The notes beneath the pieces were generated by a model, which searched no databases, was not told where the DNA came from, and saw nothing but the letters and a program-made list of their open reading frames with translations. From assembly GCA_964016885.1 (NCBI GenBank), contig OZ024742.1:184078001-184142000 (forward strand): DNA of 64,000 bases, given 5' to 3'. Positions 24,279-40,349 of this stretch are shown here, piece by piece; the first letter of the stretch is position 1, and every line of letters begins with the position of its first letter. A program made the translations under genes and the position numbers. This stretch comes from Eledone cirrhosa (Eukaryota).

Positions 24279-25635
24279 TTAATCTGCACCCCCGCTCCTA
24301 TCGGCTACTCCCACACAATCCCAGCGTGCGTCTAAGATGCCATTCCAATCCCCCGCTAACAGTACAGGGCGAGACGTACCCAGAAAGGTCTCCAGGCGCC
24401 TAAAGAAGTTCGGTCGTCTGGCCCTTGTAGGGGCGTAGACGGCCAGCAGTCTAAAGGCACCACCTTCGCTACTGTTCACATCCAAGACCACCAACTTACC
24501 GTCCGGGTCCCGGAAGATCGACCTTACCTCGAGATCCAGTCCTTTCCTAAACAGCACTGCCACCCCACCCCCATTCCCGGCCTGCTAACAGATGCGAATA
24601 TCTGATAGTCGTCGAATATAGGGGCTAGTGCGCGCGTGTCGGAAATGTTGGTCTCGCTGACGGCAATCACATCCATTTCCAGCGACCTGAGGTCGTTGAG
24701 CAGGTGACCCTGCTTCCAGAGTGACCCCAGGCCGCGAACATTTAAACTTCCTATTCTTAATATGGCCATGTTGGTAAGCTAAGAGAGAGAGGGAAGGTTT
24801 ACTTACCTCCCGGGGGTCTTGTGAAGGTCGGGTGATTCGACCTCCATGGTTGGTGGGGTTTCTTTTGGGAACCCCTTTAAAAGTCTCGATGTGGGTTTCA
24901 CATTTGGGGTTCCCACGTCTTGAGGAAAGCTCTCTCGAATTTCTTTGAAGGAATTGAGTGACATTCGGACCAGAAGCAAATCTTCTGGCACGAAAAATGT
25001 GCTCATTTCAAAAATCTCCCCCTCTGTTTGAATGTCCTCGCTTCGTGCTAAAAGGGCCATCAGTTTATCGTTGGCCTTCTGACAAGCACGAAGTTTTTAA
25101 CATTTTGTTGGTGTGGTTTTATTTGTTTTCGTTTTGGTGACTGTGGTGTGATGGATTTGGTGGTGTTGTTTCGGGTATGTCCTGTGTTTGTTGTAGGTGT
25201 GGTGTCTGCAATTTCAGGTATTTGTATGTTTATTTGTACTTGTGTTTGTTTAGGTTGTTTGCGTTTCGGGATTGTGGGGGGGGGGGGTGTCGATGTTACT
25301 GTTGGTGCTGATGTTATTGGGGAAGTGTTTGCGTTAGTGGTGTCAGTATTTTTTTGTTTGTGTATGTTTTTGTGTTTTGTCTGGGCTTGTTATTTGGTGA
25401 GTTTTCTCTGTTTTTTTTTGCACTTTTGGGTTTTCCTTCATCTTCGCTGCTGGAAGACAAAGGGTCTGTGGCTGTGAGTGTCTCTGCGTCTGTGTGTGCG
25501 TTTATTGTTTTGTCTATGTGTATAATTGGGGGATAGGGGGAGTGGGAGAGCTTTCCTCGTTTTCTCTTGGATTGGTTTTGGTCTTGGTGGTGATCCGGCT
25601 GTTTTTGATGTTGGTGTCCGTGTCTTTGTTGGTAA
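24279..25635 (-). mobile_element. Duplicate Tx1/L1-like fragment
   Basis: Copy of 12064-13420 within the duplication. Confidence 0.8.
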
Positions 25636-26622
25636 TAATAATTGTTTCTACTTTTGGCCACAAGCCAGCAATTACCCAATGCATTACTGGTAATTTATTT
25701 TATCAACCCCGTAAGGATGAAAGGCAAAGTTAACCTCAGACGGGATTTGAACTCAGAATGGCAATGGCCGTAACTCTATGCGTCGAAGCATGGCGTCCGA
25801 CCTTCTGCCGATACTGCCAATCCACCGCCCCCTTTGTGGTAATAATAATGATAATTGTTTCTACTTTAGGCACAAGGCACAGCAATTACCCAGTGCCATT
25901 ACTGGTACTTTATTTATCGACCCCGTAAGGATGAAAGGCAAAGTAAACCTCGGCGGGATTTGAACTCAATAATATAATAATAATAATACTATCACCACCA
26001 TTGCCACTACCACCACCATTATCATTACCACCATCATAGAATATCTAAAAAGAGAGAATGTGGTAAAGATATATACAGAAAGGAGAAGCGTAAAATAAAG
26101 AGTGAGACAGATCGATATATAAAGAGAGGTATTCCGACAGTTGTGGATTCTAATGATAGTCTATATTGGTGATATTGAAGTTATCTCGTAACAATTACAT
26201 TTTTTGATAACTAAACCCTAAAACATTCTCCTTGGGACACAGATTTCGAAAATTAAAACCGTTTTTCTCTAAGATGCAGAGTTTCGGTGCCTTTGGGAGA
26301 CATACATATATACGCACATACACTTTCATTTATAGTATATATATATATATACGTTATTCCGGGTTCAATCGGAGGTAACCACAGTAAGTAAGGTACTCAA
26401 TACATTGCAGAGTATAAAAGTTTTAATATAGATGAGATTCTACAGGACTAGAACTGTTTCATTCTTTAGAAATCATCAGGAATCAGATTCCTGATGATTT
26501 CTAAAGAATGAAACAGTTCTAGTCCTGTAGAATCTCATCTATATTAAAACTATATATATATATATAGAGAGAGACAGATAGATATATCTACCTATTGGTC
26601 GGCTCTCCAAGACACACACACA

Positions 26623-26706
<84 letters not shown>

Positions 26707-27928
26707 ATGGATGAGTACCGAGCACTAAAAACAGGAAATTACCAACTGCCACCAGAGACTTCCACATCAATATTCATATTGACTCTAATTTAGACAAAAT
26801 AAAGAGATATGTTTCTTTATTAGCCACAGGGGCACAAAAGAAGGGGACAAATACAAAGGGGGAAGTTTACATACAATAAAAACGTGTAAAATTATTTCAA
26901 ATTATTTTGGAAATAACCAAGAATCCGGAAGTATTTACCTAGCAACATGATTAATTTTCTCATTAAGCTGGATTTTTTTTTAACATAAGAGCTCTTATAT
27001 AAAATTATGATGGAAGGTTTTTTAAAATATATTCCTTAAAACCAAAAGCTTTGTATCATAGCGTGAATGTCAGTTTCGTGTAGTTTAGTATGAAAAGGGC
27101 TAAAGGCCCATGACATGTGTGGGTGGACACATTCATTAAAAATAATTTTTGTGAACACAATCGGTATATTTACTTGCGTGAGAGAAATAACATAATGATT
27201 CCTTTATTGGACAGGGAGGGGGATACCGTAATAAGAATGAGGAAAGAATCTCTCATTAACTATTTAATTAATGAGTTTCACAGCAGACATGTTTGTTAAA
27301 TGAAGAAAGTTCGCTACATAACTAGAGGAGTCTGGATATGGTGGTACAGCACAGCATCAGGGCCAAATATGTTCTACCGTAGTTTCGAGTAGTCCTCGTG
27401 AGAGAAACTGAGTAAATGGCAACTATGTAAAAGATCGTTAGATGGACTATACATGTATTTGAAGGGGCAGCCTTGTCACAATATGTCACGCTAATTCTTC
27501 TTAAAAACTACCTCATGGGTACACGTCTCTATGGAATATTCATACAAGTTGATCGAACAAGTGGACTCAAATGCATTGTTCTTAAAGGAAGTCTATCATC
27601 GTTATATGTATATATATATATATTAAGGATAACTGTTTCTACTTTAGGCACAAGGCCAGCAAATTACCCAGTGCATTACTGGTACTTTATTTTATCGACC
27701 CCGTAAGGATGAAAGGCAAAGTCAACCTCGGCGGGATTTGAACTCAGATCGTAAAGGGACGTAACTATGCTGGAAAACATGGCATCCGACCCTCTACCGA
27801 TACTGCCAATCTACCGCCCTATATATATATTAAGGATAACGTTAGGGGATTAGTTGTTTTGTTTAATCAATGAACTAAACCTATAAAGGCCACCTCTGAA
27901 TGAAGTACACTCTCTATATATTAGTTTA

Positions 27929-28095
27929 CCGTATTTCTCGGCGTCGAAGACGCTACTTTATTTCTAAAATAAATTTCAAAAATCTACCATGCGTCCTGGA
28001 GGCCGAAGATTGTTTATTATTTTTTTCAAAATTTTGATTGTCAAAATTAGGGTGCATCCTCAAGGACAAAGCGTCTTCGACACCGGGAAATATAG
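27929..28095. mobile_element. Duplicate Tc2-like MITE
   Basis: Copy of 15712-15878. Confidence 0.8.
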
Positions 28096-28232
28096 TACTT
28101 TAATTGTAATTGCTTTCCGTTCTTTAACGAAATTCCATTGTAATCTCTCTCCTTCCCTCTCTCTCTCTCTCTCAAATATATATATTTAAATAAATAAATA
28201 CACACACACACACGCACACACACACACACATA

Positions 28233-28385
<153 letters not shown>

Positions 28386-28952
28386 CCGGCAGTTAGACAA
28401 TTCATAAGATATATATTATTGTATCATGCACACAGACCAATATTCTGATGATTTCGTCGGGTACCGATTGTAATTAAAATCGAGTGACGTAGCTTCTGGC
28501 GATCAGCGATGTTTAGACTCACCGGACTAATGAAACAACTGTTAATACTTTAAATAAACCCTATTGTACAGTCGATCACGTTATTTTTCTCTCATTTACT
28601 ATATATATATATATAGACGACAAGTCTATGATTTCCCGCCTTCACTATACACCAACGTATTTATGGGTCACTTTCACGACCTTTCAGACCTGTATTAGTT
28701 GGAGTGAGGTCATATATTTTATCGTTCCTGGGGTTTTTAACCCTAGGATAGGAAAATGCTTCTCTGATGATCTTTGCTTTTCCATTAATATCCACATGAT
28801 ATCTAATGTTTTGCAACATGAAACTGTACAGTTAGGGCCATTTGAATAGGTAAATATTTATATTATAATTTTTAATTTTGATTAATTTTAATTGTATATT
28901 AATTTTGATTTATTTTGAAAAATTGGTTGAATTTTACTTGTTCTGCTTATCT

Positions 28953-29040
<88 letters not shown>

Positions 29041-29387
29041 ATATAAACGATATATAACAGGAGATATATCATTTGAGAAACTAGTATTTTGTACACATGT
29101 AAAGAACAAATAATAGGTAAATTAAATTACTTCTAGAGGTTAAAATGGCCTATAATCTCATAGTCAGATCTGTATCTGTCTAAGTGATTATAGGCCGTTT
29201 TAACATCTAGAAGTATGTATTTGTTCTATATATATATGTACAAAATACTAATTGTTTCTCAATTGATATATCCTGTTATATATCGTTTATACTTATATTA
29301 GATGTTCTGAACTGAAGTTTACTGAGTTTTCTACTGAGAAACATTATCCGATATATGATTGATTAAACCTAAATTTAGTTTATATAT

Positions 29388-29422
<35 letters not shown>

Positions 29423-29438
29423 CACATACATTCATATA

Positions 29439-29481
<43 letters not shown>

Positions 29482-29494
29482 TATATATAGATAT

Positions 29495-30248
29495 ATATCT
29501 TTTTCGCCTTAACTCTCCTGCTCTGAGCCGGTGCTACAGTAAAGCCAGAGTCCTGGTGTTTCTCCAGTGCAAGGCGCATACAATAGTCCACTACGATGAT
29601 AAAAAGGTAGGGAGCCAATGTATCTCCCTGGAGCACTCCAGCCAGTATCTCAAAGAACTCTGTCATCCCATCAGGTGTAATGACTTGGGCTTTGGTATTG
29701 GTGTAGAGCAGTGATATCAGGTCCACTCACTTCTTGGGGATTCCATAAGCCTGTAAGATTTTCATTAGGCAGTGACGGTCCACAGAATCAAAGGCCTTCC
29801 TAAAATCCGCCTCTTCATTGCTGTAGCGGAGTCTGTGCTACTGTACGGGTCTGAGACTTGGACACTGACTAAGAAACTCACTCAGATGGTGGATGGGTGC
29901 TACACGAGAATGCTGAGGATGGCTCTGAACATTAATCAGTATACACTGAGGATGAAAAACTCAGAGCTGCATGGGAGCCTCCCAAAAGTCAGCTCAAAAG
30001 TAACACAGAGGAGACTGAGGTTAGCTGGACATGCTCACTGACATCCAGAGTTGACATTGCACTCAGTGCTCCTGTGGGAGCCCCTACATGTACACACTGG
30101 AAGAAGAAGACTAAGGATAACGTATGTTGATGCTCTAAGGACAGACACTGGTCTGTTGGAGACGCAGGACATGGCAGCGATAATGAGGGACAGAAACCGC
30201 TGGAGAGAACTCGTCCATGGATCTCGGGAATGTTACCCGGCCTAGAAA
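29495..30248 (+). mobile_element. Duplicate inverted RTE fragment
   Basis: Copy of 17283-18036. Confidence 0.85.
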
Positions 30249-30249
30249 T

Positions 30250-30295
<46 letters not shown>

Positions 30296-30357
30296 TATAT
30301 ATATATTTATATGTATGTATACATATATATATATATATACATACACACACATACATA

Positions 30358-30436
<79 letters not shown>

Positions 30437-30712
30437 CATATATATACACTCACATACATATATATACATACACACATACAGACACACACACACATACATA
30501 CGCACACACATATATATATATATACACACACACATATATATATGTATATGTGATGCTCAAGCGTAGTAAATAACTGCAGGGACAGTCAGTTGCTATAAAA
30601 TAGCTTATAAAAATAGGATAATAGTCCTTAGAGTCGGAAAAAGACGTTATTAGCAACCGCTGATATATATTGCTGAATTTTAGTCTTGCAAACATTATAT
30701 GAACATATTATG

Positions 30713-31284
30713 ATTGGCAGTATCGGTAGAGGGTCGGACGCCATGCTTTCCAGCATAGTTACCTCCCTTTACGATCTGAGTTCAAATCCCGCCGAGGTTG
30801 ACTTTGCCTTTCATCCTTACGGGGTCGATAAAATAAAGTACCAGTAATGCACTGGGTAATTGCTGGCCTTGTGCCAAAAGTAGAAACAATTATATTTCGA
30901 AAGATTCAAATCTCACCGAGGTTAACTTTGCCTTTCATCCTTACGGAGTCGATAAAATAAAGTACCAGTAATACACTGGAATAATTGCTGGCCTTGTGCC
31001 TAAAGTAGAAACAATTATATTTCGAAAGATTCAAATCTCACCGAGGTTAACTTTGCCTTTCATCCTTACGGAGTCGATAAAATAAAGTACCAGTAATACA
31101 CTGGGATAATTGCTGGCCTTGTGCCAAAAATAGAAACAATTATATTTCGAAAGATTCAAATCTCACCGAGGTTAACTTTGCCTTTCATCCTTACGGAGTC
31201 GATAAAATAAAGTACCAGTAATACACTGGGATAAATGCTGGCCTTGTACCAAAAGTAGAAACAATTATATTTCGAAAGATTCAA
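30713..31284 (+). repeat. Duplicate SINE 125-bp tandem array
   Basis: Copy of 18503-19074. Confidence 0.9.
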
Positions 31285-31869
31285 GATAGATGTTCGTGCA
31301 TCATTTTCTACCCTAGCATATATATTAACCTGGTCAATGCTAAACCGCTGACCTTGTAAATAATAAATACATATATATATATATATATGTATAAATCAGC
31401 AGCGTAACTCTATTCTGTCCTTTCTACAAACAAGGTTATAAAATATACACGAAATTTACAGTATGGAAGATAGTTATTGATTCTCTGTGTCCTTTAACTT
31501 AACTCTCCGTGTCACGTAGCGAATAAATAAACCATAGAGATATTATTTATTACATGAAAAAGTGGTGGATGGAAATAGTAGAAGTATTAGGAAACTATAT
31601 AGGTTGCCTTCTGTGTACTCTTGCTGTTTAAAGTCTTAATCCTTCCTACAATCAATAAAGAAAGCAACAAAAAAATAGCAGTAACTTCATAACTTCGTTA
31701 TTAAGACTCCTTTTGTTATTTAGAGAGAAATCGTCACATGAAATGTAATAAAACAAGATGTAATCTCTCTGTGAACTGTGACTGTGACCTGCCTTCTATA
31801 CCATTTAAAGCTTTCTCACTTCATTAACTCCGCTAACGCCCAGTAGAGAGCCATTGACGCCAATTATCT

Positions 31870-31944
<75 letters not shown>

Positions 31945-32077
31945 TGCGTGCGTGTATGTGTGTGTGTATGTGTGTGTGTATGTGTGTGGGTGCGTGTGTG
32001 TGTGCGCGCGTGTGTGTGTGTGTGTGTATGCATGTATACACGTGAGAGAGATGTATATATACATATATATATATATA

Positions 32078-32151
<74 letters not shown>

Positions 32152-32194
32152 TATGTATATATTGTATATGTGTATATATGTATGTATATGTATG

Positions 32195-32227
<33 letters not shown>

Positions 32228-32278
32228 GCATATATATATGTGTGTGTGTGCGTGTGTGTGTACATGTATATAAGTGTG

Positions 32279-32312
<34 letters not shown>

Positions 32313-34369
32313 CGTGTGAATGAGAGAGAGAGCAAAATTTCGCACAAACAAAAATATGTATTGTATATATTATGGTTTGTAGGCATGAAATATCATTGCA
32401 CAACTATAGGTTTCATGGTTTGACATAAGTCCAATCAATTGTCAACCATATCTTCAGCTATATGTATATATTCTATTCAATTAAAGAAGGACTTATAGCC
32501 CTATTAGAACTCAATGTAGTCTTGATATGAATATCCCATCGAAGCAAAGCATAATTTATTTTGTAGAAAAGTGATATCTTATTACATGTTATTGAGTATT
32601 CAAAAACTACAGGCTCAGATATAAATAGTTCAACATTGAAAACAAATAAGACAAAGTTCAATTGTTTTATGATAGTTTCAAAAAGCTAAATAAACAAGGA
32701 TATTATCGATATATTGACTAATCGATACTATTATCCTCGACAAATTACATCCATTTAGCCGTTCATCCTCATCGATATGTTGCTGTTCTAACAATACTCT
32801 TGTTTATAATCCTATATTTCTCCAACTACAATTATTTTCAGTAGTAGCTAACAAAAATTCCCAGCCTGGGGATCCACAAAGGTAGAACTGGGATAATATA
32901 TTTAAGATACATTCCACTAGATAGCTGTGTCGGATTACGGGGTCGGGTGGCTAAACTGTAGCTAAAGGCTCCAAATTATTTTCCAGCTATAAATGATAAA
33001 GTAAAAGCCCTTATGAAATGTTCAGCCATGGGTCCAAAGAAAGCTCAACCCGTCCAGGCTAGAAGCAGTGGCGGATCAAGTGGTGGGGTGACTAGCTGAA
33101 ACCAGGAGTTCTATAATATTGAAAGAGATCCAATTGAAATTTTCACCTAAGGGCCTCAAGCAAGCTTAAACTAACCATGTTAGCCAGCAGTTTACATGAA
33201 ATGATGAAGTTAACCTGAAATAAATGTGTGTGTGTGTATGTATGTGTCTATGTACGCATGTACAGGTGTGTATGTGTGTGTAGGTTTGGAGCGTAGGTGT
33301 GTGTGTGAGTGCGTAGGTGTAGTTATGTGCGTGCATAGGTAGGTGCGTTGCGTGTGTATATGTGTCTTAGTATATAAATATGTGAATGTATGTGTGATTG
33401 TGCGTATAAGTATGTGGGAATGTATAAGTGTTGAGTGGGCGTTTATGTATATAAATGTGCGAATGTATAGGTGTGTGTGTGTACGTGCGTCGAAGTATAT
33501 AGATGTGTGAATGTATATGTGTGTGTTAGTTATATGGTCAAACCGTTTGCAACAAATCTGGCAGCACCCCCGCTCACCTCACCTAGCTATCCTGCGAAGG
33601 ATTTTTGCTAGAAACCTAACAGGACTAAAACAACACATGTCCAAAAGTACAGATGAATTGCATTAAAGGTACACGTATCAGTGGAATGCTAAGTCACTTG
33701 CAAGTTAATTTCACAAGTGAGCTGTTCTTTTGGTTAAGCAACTGGAACATTCGTCGGCGGAATCGACGAAGGCCCAACAAATGCAGGTATATGAGTGAAT
33801 AGATGTACATATAGATGTGTGTGTTACATAGTCAAGTCGTTAGAGACATAACTGGCATTCCCCACTTACCAGTGTATCTAAAACCCCTGTAAGACAAAAA
33901 CAACATCTGTCCAAAAGGAAGGATGAATCCAGCGTAAAGTCACTGATTATCTAGCAGGGCGGTAGTTTTACAGAATTGTATCGTGACATTTCACATGTCC
34001 GATTAATGCGAGCCTCCCACGCTTTATGATGTCAGAAAGGTGAAGGTGTGATTTATTCGCTATATGTGTTCTCCATGATATGTTCTGGACCTTTCTCAGC
34101 ATCCGGGTGAATGTGCCATTAATCCTCTTTGTAAGTGCTTTTGTTAGTGTTATGACTCACATCTATAGAGGAGAATGGACTCAGCTGCTCCTTTGAGTAG
34201 CTTCATTTAAGAGGATTTTTTTATCGGAGACACCCACACCTTTGATAGGGAGTTCGGAGACCCTCCGCCATGCCTTGCTTATCTTAGTGGCAGATTTCTT
34301 TTCTGAAAACTTGATGGAGACAAACCACCACGTTGGAGGATGTTCTTGAAGATGACATCGGGTTGGAGG

Positions 34370-34534
34370 CAGGGCCGTCTTAACGCATGGGCACGCTGGG
34401 CAGTTGCCCGGGAGCCCCACGAGGACAGGGGGCCCATTTGTATTTTTATTCCTGTGAGTGGTTGTGTAGGTAGGGCCCCCAGTGCTCTGCTTTGCCCGGG
34501 GGGGGGGGGCTATAATGCTGTTAAGACGGCCCTG
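34370..34534. mobile_element. Duplicate hAT MITE
   Basis: Copy of 22160-22324 with the same TSD. Confidence 0.92.
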
Positions 34535-34872
34535 GTTGGAGGCAAAGAAAACTCAAACAGTAATGCTAGACAGAGTGAGGTAGAGGAGAAACTTCGCCAT
34601 GGTACAGGTAACAGATGTATAGTAGATTATATATTGTTATTTAACGTGATTGTATTTTCGTTGTTATGGTGGTTTCTGTGGCTTTGTCCCCTTAACCACA
34701 ATTTTCAATTTGTCACGCTATTTAACGTATGTTTATTACCCTAAGATGAAACTTATCGATTTATCGATACATTTTATTGAGTGGTTTGTGCAAGCTCCGA
34801 ATTGTTTTTTCGTGGATGTTGCCCGACCGCCCCAACTTTGAATTTACTAACTTCTACTATTATATATATTTT

Positions 34873-34912
<40 letters not shown>

Positions 34913-35130
34913 TTTACGATCGACTTTCGTCAAATCGGACTGAGGAAACAATGTTTCCATTCGTCTTTCCAATTGCTAATACTATCTATCGGTCGCAACT
35001 CCAGGTAGAAAGAGCAACGTGAAATAAAGTATCTTGCTCAAGGACATAACGCATTGCCCGGTCCGGGAATCGAACTCACAACCTCACGATTGCGAATCCA
35101 ATTCTCTAACCACTCAGCCACACGCCTTCA

Positions 35131-35210
<80 letters not shown>

Positions 35211-35319
35211 GTATATATGTATATATATATATATACATATATATATATACATATATACATATATACATATATATCTATATCTATATATATATAGATATAC
35301 AAATATATATATATATATG

Positions 35320-35357
<38 letters not shown>

Positions 35358-35371
35358 TGTGTATGTATATG

Positions 35372-35508
<137 letters not shown>

Positions 35509-35760
35509 AGGAGGTGACTTTTATTGTAGCACAATAAAGCAATGCAAATATCAGGTAAGTAGCACTCTACAGTTTGTAGGACTGGAGTATAAATAATATA
35601 AGATCAAAAGATATGTTGATTTAAAACTTCACTATTCACAAGTGTTTTTTAAGCTTCATATCACGTCTCCCTATTTTATCAGATGAGAACGCAGATATCA
35701 TCCCATGATGATATTTGTTTTTGAAATGCGCATAATAAAATACTTGGAACTCTTATAAAC

Positions 35761-35866
<106 letters not shown>

Positions 35867-35983
35867 TAACAGATTAAAGTTTAAGCAAAGAATTGCTGCT
35901 TTCACCCTTAACGGGATCTTCTGAAACTAACAAAGTCAATCTGTAAACGCACAACTGGATTTTAGTCTTCAATTTTATTATTA

Positions 35984-36129
<146 letters not shown>

Positions 36130-36329
36130 NNNNNNNNNNNNNNNNNNNNNNNNNNNNNNNNNNNNNNNNNNNNNNNNNNNNNNNNNNNNNNNNNNNNNNN
36201 NNNNNNNNNNNNNNNNNNNNNNNNNNNNNNNNNNNNNNNNNNNNNNNNNNNNNNNNNNNNNNNNNNNNNNNNNNNNNNNNNNNNNNNNNNNNNNNNNNNN
36301 NNNNNNNNNNNNNNNNNNNNNNNNNNNNN
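36130..36329. other. Assembly gap (200 N)
   Basis: Run of N. Confidence 1.
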
Positions 36330-36368
36330 CATATACGCACAGACACTCACACACACATACACATACAT

Positions 36369-36400
<32 letters not shown>

Positions 36401-36599
36401 GTGCGTGTGTGTGTGTGTATAAGGATTCTCGTTACAGAGAGTAATAATCAATCCCTGTGCAGATCAATTTCTAACCTAATCCTTCTCTTCGATGTAACAA
36501 TTGGTCTTCTGCTTAGACATAGGAAATCGATAACCTGTTCGACTATTTTCTTGCTCTAATGTTAATCCAACTGATCGATCATTAATTGGTTTTTCGAAT

Positions 36600-36940
36600 C
36601 TATACTGGAACTGGTGCAATAATGCGCCAACTTCTCCACTCGCTCATCAGAAAAGGGAAGTAAATGTATAAGCCAAACTCGCTACCTTCATTTTGGTATA
36701 CTTGCCTACACTTGTCTATTGCCATAAATCTTGGGTAATGACCAATCTTGGGTAATGTATCACGAATACAAGCGGTCGAGATTCGGTTCCTCAGAAGGGT
36801 CTCTGGTGTAACATTATTCGATAGGGTACACAGGGAGTCATTCCCGGTAGAGCCGCTACTTCTCCGCGTCGAGAGATCACAGCATGTGATTAGAATGTCT
36901 ACGGAAAGAATCGCAGGACAGATTTTTAGCCACAGGTAGA
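36600..36940 (+). mobile_element. Decayed RTE (Expander/Rex3-like) 3' fragment
   Basis: YLPTLVY, SWVMT, RIQAVEIRFLRRVSGVTLFDRV, EPLLLRVERSQ, HVIRM. Confidence 0.65.
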
Positions 36941-36959
36941 CTACAAGCAAGATGATTGA

Positions 36960-37905
36960 TCTTCTTCTGATAGAGTCGCTGCACCTCACCCATCAAGTGT
37001 TGCGAACAGATCCTTGCCTAGAGTTTTAAGGTGTCAAGGTTGTTAAGTGTGCGTGAATCTTCAAGATTGGGGCAAACTAGAAGGTGCTCCATAGTTTGTA
37101 ATTGCCTACATTGGCAGTTGGAATCATCATCGGTGGCATATCCCCATTTGGGAAGAGTGGCTCAACAGCAGCCAACAGCTATTCGGGGGGCGATTCAGGC
37201 AGGACCAGAAGGGCCAGGCATCACTGGAACTAGGGAGAAGGGATTCTGTAGGGCTGAGAGAGAGCCTGTGTTCCACGTTCTTAAGATGGCTGCACCACAG
37301 GGACAGGCGCTGACTAGAAGCTCTGTTGTTCAGTGGTTCGACTGAGTGTAGAAAACTGTGTCTTAACTTGAGCTTCTTTGCCATTGGTTCACAGTCATGG
37401 AGTGGATGACAAGGGTCAGTTTCTTGCTTCAACTTATGTTGGGAGTGGACTGTCCTTCTGATGTGAAGGGGAGCAATGCCACTAATCATATAGATGTCAT
37501 CCACTTTGGTTGGCTTGAGACACCCCTTGATTGATCTTCAACGTTTAGGGCAGAGTCGGGTCGATTTTCTTTGCATTTGATGATCTTCTCCACACTGGTG
37601 AGGCATATTCTGCTGTGGAGTAGCAACTGGTTAGAGCTGTGGTACGATTTGTACCGGCATAGGCACCCCATTTAGTGTTAGCCAGCTTCTTTAGGGTGTT
37701 GTTCCTTGATCCGACCATGGCTTTAGTCTTTGTAATATGGTCCTTGTATTTAAGGGACTGGTCCTAAGTGACCCCAAGGTAGATAGGCTTGGAAGTGTAC
37801 TCTAACTGTTTTCCATACAAGTTAGTCTTAAGCTGGCAGTTAGCTTCCCTGTTCTGTAGGTGAAATGCATTGATTTGGGATTCAGCCGCTTGCTTCCAAT
37901 AGGAT
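36960..37905 (-). mobile_element. Decayed Ingi/Vingi-like LINE 3' fragment
   Basis: PIYLGVT, IYMISGIAPLHIRR, HPLH, WSCLNR and a terminal C-x-C..QTMEHLL zinc-knuckle remnant. Confidence 0.6.
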
Positions 37906-37944
37906 CCTCTTGGTGTGTCTGAGAACTCTACCTCCACGACTATC

Positions 37945-38070
37945 AAGAAGAAGAAGAAGAAGAAGAAGAAGAAGAAGAAGAAGAAGAAGAAGAAGAAGAA
38001 GAAGAAGAAGAAGAAGAAGAAGAAGAAGAAGAAGAAGAAGAAGAAGAAGAAGAAGAAGAAGAAGAAGAAA
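37945..38070 (+). repeat. (AAG)n microsatellite
   Basis: About 41 perfect units. Confidence 0.98.
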
Positions 38071-38860
38071 TCTCACTTGGTAAAGTTTCTTCATATTATC
38101 ATATTAGTTTGAGGTCGGTAGATTGGCAGAATGGTTAGTGTGTTGGATAGAATACATTGCAGTATTTCGTTACAGTCCTGTTTGTTATTGCTTTATATTT
38201 CACTGAGGTTAACTTTGCCTTTCATCTTTCTAGGATCCATATCATCATCATCATCTTCATCATTTAACGTATTTTAACATTTTTCCACGCTTGCATGAGT
38301 TAGATGGGTTGTCACGTTATGAGACAAGTCAGGTCCGAAGACCACATCTTGTTCATAAGGATCAGTATTTTGGCTTGGTTTTTACAGTTCGAGGCCCTTC
38401 CTAATTCCAACCACGTAACTGTGTGAACCAGGTTCTTTTTATGGTGGCACCAAAATGACCATCTAACAAGGTGAACTGGGTGCTTTTTGTCGTGTCGCCA
38501 ATACGACCATCTAACATATGATAATACCAGTAACGTATAGAGCGGTATAATCGATGTTCCTCCCTCCAAAAAAAATGTCCGCTTGTCTCTAAATTTGGAA
38601 CCATTATCAAAACCCTCTTAACTATCCATGTTCATTTCTATTACCGTATTTGATGCCATAAAATAGCTAAAAAAAAATATTACCCAGATCTCGTACGCCA
38701 AGTTGAAGTATCTGATAGACTAATGTTTTTGTTTGTTTGTTTTTTAACATTGCTTGCTGAAATGAGAGTGGATCTCATATGTCCGATAATCCCATATGAT
38801 ATCAAATATGGTATATTCCTCGATATTACACTTCACTATGTGTGTATTATGTGATGGGAA

Positions 38861-38965
38861 TGAAGGCACGTGGCTTTGTGTTTATTGTATTGGGTTCATA
38901 ATCGGAAGGTCGCGAGTTCTATTTCCGGCGGCGAATTGTGTGCTTGAGCAAGGCACTTTATTTCC
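38861..38965 (+). mobile_element. Degenerate copy of the second SINE family
   Basis: gaaggcacgtggct...gagttctatttccgg...gtgcttgagcaaggcactttatttc. Confidence 0.6.
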
Positions 38966-39409
38966 CTAATAGTGCTATCGTTAATAGGTTCTATCTCAGA
39001 AGAAAACCAGAGGAAAGGTCTTGACATTCAGACAGTATGTGCTAAATAGCAACAAAAACAACCACATCAGATATTTCTAAACATTTCTAAAGATTAAGAA
39101 AAACTCAGGTAAAATAACATCGTACAGACCCATCACCCACATTTGTACAAACACCTCCAAAACTTCTAGAAAGACCAATTAATCCATGGCATCACTAACC
39201 TACACATACCTCTCTTCAAATCACAACACGGATTCAGACCATTACATTCAACCATCACATTTATCAGAACTAAGCACGACAGATACAGGAGGGCTTTAAC
39301 GACCACTAAAAAAACTTCTAGTTTTAATTGGGCAACCCATCTCTCCACAACAAACTACAATAAGCTATGAAGACAAAATAGTGTAGAACGCTTCGTAGAC
39401 CACATCTGC

Positions 39410-39850
39410 AGACCACACACACAGTCCACGTCACAGCCCTCACCAACAAACCACACCCCCAGCTCACACCCAGCTCACACCCAGTTCACACCCACATTCA
39501 ACGCACACAGTCAAAATCCACATACCACACACACAGTCGACACCCACAGTCCACATCCACAGACCACCATCACAAACCACACCCACAGTCCACATTCACA
39601 ATCAACACCCACAATTCACATCCACAGACCACCATCACAAACCACACCCACAGACCACATTCACAATCAACACCCACAGTTCAGATCCACAGACCACCAT
39701 CACAGACCACACCCACAGTCCCCACCCATAGTCCACACCCACAGTCCACATTCACAATCCACACCCACAGTTCAGATCTATAGACCACCATCACAGACCA
39801 CCACCACAAACCACATTCACAATCCACACCCTCAGTGCATACCCTCAGAC
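39410..39850 (+). repeat. CA-rich minisatellite
   Basis: Repeating ccacacccacagtccacattcacaatc / cagaccaccatcaca units. Confidence 0.85.
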
Positions 39851-40349
39851 CTCCTCCACAACGAAATAAAAATACTAAAATGTGGAGTGTGCTGTATTCA
39901 TATGACATACAGAAATATACTGGACAGTGGCGGGGGTGCAATGTCCACATACTGTCTATCACTGTATATCAATGTGCAGCATTTACAGGACAGTGGAGAG
40001 AACGAAATGTGACCTGAATGCCATCAATGCATGTCAGAATATGCAGTATTTACTGGATAGTAGAGAAAGTGCAATATATCCAACTGTCACACTGCACCAT
40101 ATACAATGCATCACTGCATTGTAGAGTGTGCAGTGTCTACACGACATGCAGAAATAGACTAGACAATGGAAAAAGTGCAATATGTTCATATTATCACACT
40201 GCACCATATGCAATGCATCACTGCATTGCAGAGTATACAGTGTCCATACAATTCCTCACTGCAAGTTGGAATGTCTCATACGAGGGTGGGCTGAAACGTT
40301 CATAAGCTGACTATGAAGGAATGATGCTAGAGGTGTATCTCGTCGTTCG

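Noticed and set aside
37915-38112. Poly-Lys/poly-Leu ORFs
   Set aside because: Translation of (AAG)n.
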